Positions 55,273-64,000 of a stretch of 64,000 nt of DNA are shown one piece after another. Where the stretch lies: positions 330,398,001 through 330,462,000 of the forward strand of contig OZ024741.1 of NCBI GenBank assembly GCA_964016885.1, written 5' to 3'. Within the stretch, counting starts at the first letter, position 1. Each line of letters opens with the position of its first letter. The notes under the pieces were generated by a model. It worked only from the letters and a program-made list of their open reading frames with translations. It was not told where the DNA came from and made no database searches. The position numbers and the translations under genes were made by a program. This DNA is from Eledone cirrhosa. Its lineage: Eukaryota.

Positions 55273-55550
55273 CTATTTAGTGATATATAACATACTTGAC
55301 CTCCTTTTCAACACAAGAGACATATAAAAACATATGCACATATTGATCCAGTGGGATGACATCCATCAATATGATATAGCATGGCAATTTACATATAAAG
55401 GTTAAAGGCTAAAAATAAAAATAAAAATAAAAATAAAAATAAAAATAAAAATAAAAATAAAAATGAAGCATTGGCAGTTTATGAAGATAAAGCAAGAGGA
55501 AAGTTTAGAGTAGTCAGTGTATGAAACAATCTCATGTGTAGCAATCTCAC

Positions 55551-55636
<86 letters not shown>

Positions 55637-55647
55637 GTGTGTATATA

Positions 55648-55706
<59 letters not shown>

Positions 55707-55867
55707 GTGTGTATATATATATGTATATATATATATATGTGTATATATGTATATATGTATATATATATATATATATATGGGTATATATATATGTATATAT
55801 ATATATGTGTATATATATATGTGTATATATATATGTATATATATGTGTGTATATATATATGTATATA

Positions 55868-55898
<31 letters not shown>

Positions 55899-55969
55899 GT
55901 GTATATATATATATATATATATGTGTATATATATATATGTGTGTATATATATATGTGTATATATATATA

Positions 55970-56008
<39 letters not shown>

Positions 56009-56075
56009 ATATATATATATATGTGTATATATATATATATGTGTATATATATATGTGTATATATATATATATGTG

Positions 56076-56156
<81 letters not shown>

Positions 56157-56210
56157 ATATGTATATATAATATATATAAGATCAAAAGATGGTTAAAGGA
56201 GTTCCATGTA

Positions 56211-56277
56211 TTTTATTATGCGCATTTCAAAAACAAACATCATCATGCAATAATATTTGTGTTTTCATCAGATAAAA
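56211..56277 (-). ncRNA. Type I hammerhead ribozyme motif
   Basis: TTTTAT-CTGATGA-aaaca...tgttttt-GAAA-tgcgca-TA-ATAAAA. Confidence 0.78.
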
Positions 56278-56750
56278 CAGGAGGACATGATATGAAGGCT
56301 AAAAAACACTTGTGGATAGTGCAGTTTTAAATCAACATATGAGAAGTAGTTTTAGATTGATGTGTGATATTGGGAAAAATATTTTATTTAGAGAGGGGGG
56401 TGGGGGGTGGAAAGGATGAAAAAAAGGGGAGGAGATGAGAGTGAAGGTGGAGAGGGAGAGATGGGTGATAGAGAGAGAGAGAGATACTTTTTATAACTGA
56501 GAAAGATATATTGTTTTACATAGAGAGGTTGAAAACCGTTGGAAGATAATGTATAAATTAAAAGAATTTGAAAATTAACGAAGGGAAAAATATGTACGAA
56601 GAAGGAGAGGGAGTTAATATGTATTGAGATTAAAAAGTTTGATGATAGAGAGAATAGAATAATGAATTGCGGATGAATATTTTTTTAATTAGAAGTTTGG
56701 TGAATTCAGATAAAGAATCTTGCTAAACAAATTCAGAAACGAAATATATG

Positions 56751-56839
<89 letters not shown>

Positions 56840-56846
56840 GTATATA

Positions 56847-56879
<33 letters not shown>

Positions 56880-56884
56880 ATATG

Positions 56885-56915
<31 letters not shown>

Positions 56916-56948
56916 GTATATATGTATATATATATATATGTATATATG

Positions 56949-56983
<35 letters not shown>

Positions 56984-57014
56984 GTATATATGTATATATA
57001 TATATGTATATATG

Positions 57015-57067
<53 letters not shown>

Positions 57068-57098
57068 GTATATATGTATATATATATATGTATATATG

Positions 57099-57149
<51 letters not shown>

Positions 57150-57172
57150 GTATATATATGTATATATATATG

Positions 57173-57203
<31 letters not shown>

Positions 57204-57228
57204 GTATATATATATGTATATATATCTG

Positions 57229-57279
<51 letters not shown>

Positions 57280-57324
57280 ATATGTATATATATATATATG
57301 TATATATGTATATATGTATATATG

Positions 57325-57355
<31 letters not shown>

Positions 57356-57388
57356 GTATATATGTATATATATATATATGTATATATG

Positions 57389-57423
<35 letters not shown>

Positions 57424-57468
57424 GTATATATGTATATATATATGTGTATATATGTATATATATATATG

Positions 57469-57499
<31 letters not shown>

Positions 57500-57522
57500 G
57501 TATATATATGTATATATATATG

Positions 57523-57553
<31 letters not shown>

Positions 57554-57618
57554 GTATATATATATGTATATATATCTGTATATATATATATATGTATGTA
57601 TATATGTATATATATCTG

Positions 57619-57656
<38 letters not shown>

Positions 57657-57680
57657 TGTATATATATGTATATATATATG

Positions 57681-57821
<141 letters not shown>

Positions 57822-57822
57822 G

Positions 57823-57869
<47 letters not shown>

Positions 57870-57920
57870 TTATGTATATATATATATGTATATATATATA
57901 TGTATACATATATATATATG

Positions 57921-57951
<31 letters not shown>

Positions 57952-57956
57952 GTATG

Positions 57957-57988
<32 letters not shown>

Positions 57989-57994
57989 TGTATG

Positions 57995-58026
<32 letters not shown>

Positions 58027-58182
58027 TGTAATAGGAACCAGTAAGACCCCGACAGCTGAGCTCAAGCCGTTTCGACGGCTAATTTTTCCCAATATCACAC
58101 ATCAATCTAAAACCACTTTTCATATGTTGATTTAAAACTGCACTATCAACAAGTGTTTTATATATGTATCTATATATATATG

Positions 58183-58213
<31 letters not shown>

Positions 58214-58234
58214 GTATATATATATATGTATATG

Positions 58235-58321
<87 letters not shown>

Positions 58322-58322
58322 G

Positions 58323-58409
<87 letters not shown>

Positions 58410-58428
58410 GTATATATATATATATACG

Positions 58429-58463
<35 letters not shown>

Positions 58464-58609
58464 GTATATATATATATGTATATGTAGGAGGTGAGTTTTA
58501 TTGTAGTACAATAAAGCAATGCAGATATCGGATAAGAAGCACTCTACAGTTTGTGGGACTGGAGTATGCATAATATAAGATCAAAAGATGGTTAAAGGAG
58601 TTCCATATA

Positions 58610-58676
58610 TTTTATTATGCGCATTTCAAAAACAAACATCATCAAACAATAATATTTGTGTTTTCATCAGATAAAA
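58610..58676 (-). ncRNA. Type I hammerhead ribozyme motif
   Basis: Same family as 56211-56277. Confidence 0.78.
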
Positions 58677-59417
58677 CAGGAGAACATGATATGAAGGCTA
58701 AAAAACACTTGTTGATAGTGCAGTTTTAAATCAACATATGAAAAGTGGTTTTAGATTGATGTGTGATATTGGGAAAAATATTTTATTTAGAGAGGGGGGG
58801 GAGAAAAGGATGCTAATTTTGAAATTCCCACAATACATACATTTCTTCTTTTGACGTTAGAATATTCACCCACAATTATTATTTTTTTCTCTCTATCTTC
58901 ATACATAATTTCCCTTCGTTAATTTTCAAATTCCTTTAATTTATACATTATCTTCCAACGGTTCCCAACCTCTCTATATTAAAACATTATATCTTTTTCT
59001 CAGTTATAAAAACTATCTCTTTCTCTCTATCACCCATCTCTCCCTTTCCACCTTCACTCTCATCTCCTCCCCTTTTTTTCATCCTTTCCCCCCCCCCCTC
59101 CCTAAATAAAATATTTTTTCCTCACACATATCCTCCCTTCGTTAATTTTCAAAATTTTTAATTTATACAGTATCTTCCAACGGTTTTCAACCCCTCTATA
59201 TAAAATATATCTCCTCTCAGTTATAAAAACTATCTCTTTCTCTCTATCACCCATCTCTCCCTCTCATCTCCTTCCCTTTTCATCCTTTTCTCCCCCCCCC
59301 TCTCTAAATAAAATATTTTTCCCAATATCACACATCAATCTAAAACCACTTTTCATATGTTGATTTAAAACTGCACTATCAACAAGTGTTTTTTAGCCTA
59401 CATATCATGTTCTCCTG

Positions 59418-59484
59418 TTTTATCTGATGAAAACACAAATATTATTGTTTGATGATGTTTGTTTTTGAAATGCGCATAATAAAA
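59418..59484 (+). ncRNA. Type I hammerhead ribozyme motif
   Basis: Same family; predicted cleavage after AUA at 59478. Confidence 0.78.
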
Positions 59485-59541
59485 TATATGGAACTCCTTT
59501 AACCATCTTTTGATGGTTAATATATACATATTATATATATG

Positions 59542-59588
<47 letters not shown>

Positions 59589-59627
59589 GGAGGAGGTTAT
59601 AGTTCACTTGAAGCATTGTGTAATGAG

Positions 59628-62188
59628 GTATAAACGTTAGAATATGTGTAATAAGGCCAAGACAATGCAGATATGGACATAGAAAAAAGAGAATGCAATA
59701 GTGAGAGATATTGATGAGAATTCGTCTTTCACCTTGAATTTATTTAAATGTCCTTAATTTTCGAGATAATATCTCTTCTTCGGAGGGAAGTAAAAGTCTC
59801 AGACCAGCGTCTTAAATTTCCAATGAAGCCATGCTGACCGGAAATAGTATAGAGTTCTAACTTTAATATCAAAGAATTAAAATTAGGTGGGTAAAGAGTA
59901 GTCTCCCTTTAAGAGGGGTTTGTTTATGTTTTTGTTGTGTTTTTTAAATTTTATATGCGTGCCTGTATATGTGTGTGGGAGAAAGCATGAAGGTGTAGGT
60001 ATGTGTGTGTGTGAGTGTGGGAAGATAGGTCTAATCGTAAAAGTGGGGGGTAGGTGTTATCTGGTGTTAGAACTGGTTTTGTGTGTGTATGTGTGAGAGA
60101 GAATAAGTGGAGGTGTGTGTGTGGGGTGTGTAAAGTGGCGCTAGAGGCCCTATCAGGTTATAAATTGGGTGTTGAGCTCTAGTTTATTATTGATTGGTGG
60201 ATGTGTTCTATCTATAATGAGTGCTTCCTTGATTCTAAGATTACCGAGGTTTCTTTCTTTAGTTTCTATCCTAACTGTTATGTTTTTATCAGTGTTTTTG
60301 CATTTAACTAGGTGTTTCTTAAATGAGGAAGCGTTAGTATTGAGGTGTTCTTTTATTCTTATGTGGAGTGGTCTGGTGGTGCTACCTACGTAGAAGTTGT
60401 TGCATTTGTCACACTCTAGTCTGTAAACTACGTAAGCCTGGTGGCATAGGTCTGTGTCGTTGATGGGGCAGTTGGCTAGTCTGCAGCAGTTGTCATGTCT
60501 GGTGGAGTGTCTCTTAGCTAGCCGTCCACGCAAAGAAGGACCCGAATGGGCCAGTTGAATATCCAGACCTTCTCGTCTGATGGCTTTGCGGATGGCTGTT
60601 GTTGTTTCTTCACTGAAGTGTGGGAGCTTCAGGAAGCAAGTGTTAGTGCCTCGGGTGTGGTGTCCTCTGTTCTTTCTGGCACGGTTTGTGGTGGATGTCG
60701 TGTATCCGTTCAGTTTGAGTACTTCCAGGAAATGTGTGGTGTGTGTGTCTCGGTCTCTGGCGTCGGTGCATTTGTTCTTGATACGTGCCAGTTCGTTCTT
60801 TATGTATCCGAACTTGGCACCGTCCATGGACGCCAGTATAAAGTTCAGCATAGAACACCCCGATGACCGCGGATCGCTATCCCTGCTGGACTTCCAACTC
60901 AGGGTAACAGAGGAAGGCAACATCCACACCTGCTTCTATAAAAAATCCGCCAGCAGGGACCTGTTCGTACATTTCAGATCGGCCCTCCCACTCGGTGCCA
61001 AGTTCGGATACATAAAGAACGAACTGGCACGTATCAAGAACAAATGCACCGACGCCAGAGACCGAGACACACACACCACACATTTCCTGGAAGTACTCAA
61101 ACTGAACGGATACACGACATCCACCACAAACCGTGCCAGAAAGAACAGAGGACACCACACCCGAGGCACTAACACTTGCTTCCTGAAGCTCCCACACTTC
61201 AGTGAAGAAACAACAACAGCCATCCGCAAAGCCATCAGACGAGAAGGTCTGGATATTCAACTGGCCCATTCGGGTCCTTCTTTGCGTGGACGGCTAGCTA
61301 AGAGACACTCCACCAGACATGACAACTGCTGCAGACTAGCCAACTGCCCCATCAACGACACAGACCTATGCCACCAGGCTTACGTAGTTTACAGACTAGA
61401 GTGTGACAAATGCAACAACTTCTACGTAGGTAGCACCACCAGACCACTCCACATAAGAATAAAAGAACACCTCAATACTAACGCTTCCTCATTTAAGAAA
61501 CACCTAGTTAAATGCAAAAACACTGATAAAAACATAACAGTTAGGATAGAAACTAAAGAAAGAAACCTCGGTAATCTTAGAATCAAGGAAGCACTCATTA
61601 TAGATAGAACACATCCACCAATCAATAATAGACTAGAGCTCAACACCCAATTTATAACCTGATAGGGCCTCTAGCCCCACTTTACACACCCCACACACAC
61701 ACCTCCACTTATTCTCTCTCACACATACACACACAAAACCAGTTCTAACACCAGATAACACCTACCCCCCACTTTTACGATTAGACCTATCTTCCCACAC
61801 TCACACACACACATACCTACACCTTCATGCTTTCTCCCACACACATATACAGGCACGCATATAAAATTTAAAAAACACAACAAAAACATAAACAAACCCC
61901 TCTTAAAGGGAGACTACTCTTTACCCACCTAATTTTAATTCTTTGATATTAAAGTTAGAACTCTATACTATTTCCGGTCAGCATGGCTTCATTGGAAATT
62001 TAAGACGCTGGTCTGAGACTTTTACTTCCCTCCGAAGAAGAGATATTATCTCGAAAATTAAGGACATTTAAATAAATTCAAGGTGAAAGACGAATTCTCA
62101 TCAATATCTTTCACTATTGCATTCTTTTTTTTTCTATGTCCATATCTGCATTGTCTTGGCCTTATTACACATATTCTAACGTTTATAT
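59628..62188 (+). mobile_element. PLE (third type, Penelope/Poseidon-like) with an about 1.19-kb inverted duplication (59628-60822 vs 60993-62188)
   Basis: The real coding part, about 60823-61662, has LSLLD, FYKK..DLFVHFRSALP, VVYRLECDKCNNFYVGSTTRPLHIRIKEH and IKEALII..P.IN. Mirrored ORF at 60153-60822. Confidence 0.93.
62029..62063 (+). ncRNA. Very small hammerhead-like motif, U4C variant (mirror copy 59752-59786 minus)
   Basis: cct-CCGAAGA-a gagata t tatctc-GAAA-at-TA-agg in the PLE 3' region. Confidence 0.5.
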
Positions 62189-62191
62189 ATG

Positions 62192-62225
<34 letters not shown>

Positions 62226-62234
62226 TGTATATAC

Positions 62235-62288
<54 letters not shown>

Positions 62289-62289
62289 G

Positions 62290-62322
<33 letters not shown>

Positions 62323-62327
62323 GTATA

Positions 62328-62437
<110 letters not shown>

Positions 62438-62462
62438 TATGTATATGTATATGTGTGTGCGC

Positions 62463-62538
<76 letters not shown>

Positions 62539-62627
62539 ATATATATGTATATGGTTGTGTGGGCAGGTGTGTATATATATATATATTTATATATACACAC
62601 CTGCCCACACAACCATATACATATATA

Positions 62628-64000
62628 TCATCATCATCATCATCATCATTTTACGTCCGCTTTTCCCTGCTTGCAAGGGTGGGACGGGTCTTATTCAGCA
62701 CAGCATCTCTCCACTCGTCACGGTCCCTTGTCATCTCCACCGTGAGCTTCAATGATCTGAGGTCTGTTCTCACCACCTCCGCCCATGTTTTTCGTGGTCT
62801 ACCTCTACCACGTCTTCCTTCAACTGGCATTTCCTGGCACTTCTTCACCCATCGGTCATCCTCCATGCGCATCACATGTCCATACCACCTCAGTCTCCTC
62901 TCCCGTACACTACATTCTATCCCTCTCAGACACAGTTTCTCTCTCAACACATTTATGCTGGGTCGTTCACGCACATTTACACTGCACATCCAACGGAGCA
63001 TGCTTGCCTCATTTCTCTCCAGCCGTCGCATATCTTCTGCGGTAGCTGCCCATGTCTCACTACCATGCAGCATCGCGCTCCTCACACAGGCATCATACAA
63101 CCGGCCTTTCGTACGCAGGGAGAAACCCTTCTTCGTCAACAGAGGAAGCAGCTCCCTAAACTTCTTCCAACCCGTCCTTATTCTAGATACTATGGCCTCG
63201 GAACACCCTCCTCCCATGCTAATCTGATCTCCTAGGTACCGGAAGCTATCCACCACTTCTATAGCGCCCTCTCGCATTTGAAAAATGTGTCTATCAGTGC
63301 GACTTCTACTGTCTAATTTCCCTGTACATCTACTGCATACATATTTCTCCCTACCTGTTAGTTTGCCTGCTATCCCGCTACATCTCTTGTGTACCCAGGA
63401 CCTACATTGTGTGCATTTTATAGAATTTATGCCAGTTCCTTTTCTGCATATCGAACATGGCCATTTCCCTGACGGAATCAGGGTTTTGTCCTCTTTTCTA
63501 CTCATCAACACTTTTGTCTTAGCTAGATTTACTCTCAGTCCTCTTGCTTCCAACTGCTGTTTCCATAGCCGGAATTTATTCTCTAGCTCCTCTACTGATT
63601 CTGCCATAAGAGCCAGATCGTCAGCATAGAGAAGTTCCCATCGACAGCCAGTCTTAAACTCCTCTGTTATGGCTTGGAGGACTATAATGAACAAGAGCGG
63701 GCTGAGGACCGAACCCTGATGTACTCCTACTTGTATCTGGAATTCCTCACTAAATTCCATTCCTACCCTGACTTTACTGAGAGTACCTCTGTACAAAGTT
63801 TGCACTGTCCTTACAAGCCATTCCTCAACACCCAGCTTCCTTAGGGACCACCAGATGACAGATCGGGGTACCCTATCAAAGGCCTTCTCTAGGTCAACAA
63901 AGGCTAAGTATAGTGGCTTATTCTTCTCTAAGAACCTCTCTTGCATTTGTCTCACCAAGAAGAGGGCATCTGTTGTACTCTTCCCAGGCACAAAACCAAA
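62628..64000 (-). mobile_element. RTE-clade LINE, second subfamily; RT open to the window edge
   Basis: ORF 62651-63991 ([38 protein letters not shown]) and a (CAT)n tail. Confidence 0.95.

Noticed and set aside
55410-55463. (TAAAAA)n as a telomeric repeat
   Set aside because: A short simple repeat; no (TTAGGG)n array was seen in the window.

Overview
Repeat-saturated, AT-rich eukaryotic DNA. The SINE families and (AT)n/(CA)n abundance suggest an octopod cephalopod (inference only). No host gene is supportable: the long YIYI/CVCV ORFs are microsatellite translations. The window holds decayed non-LTR retrotransposons (RTE, CR1, L1/Tx1-like, CRE-like), tRNA-derived SINEs, at least three types of Penelope-like element (PLE; RT + GIY-YIG), mostly with inverted 5' duplications, and a 200-N gap. 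The main signal is RNA-level: about 30 type I hammerhead ribozyme (HHR) motifs, intact or decayed, read by eye on both strands. They include a non-coding 310-bp tandem array with an inverted block (36849-38855, six apparently identical HHRs, retrozyme-like), a 530-bp HHR repeat and HHRs in PLE 3' regions. Most have a self-complementary stem III, several families replace the normally conserved U4 with C, G or A, and some repeat boundaries fall at predicted cleavage sites. Coordinates are hand-counted (a few nt uncertainty; more for element ends). No folding program or database search was run.
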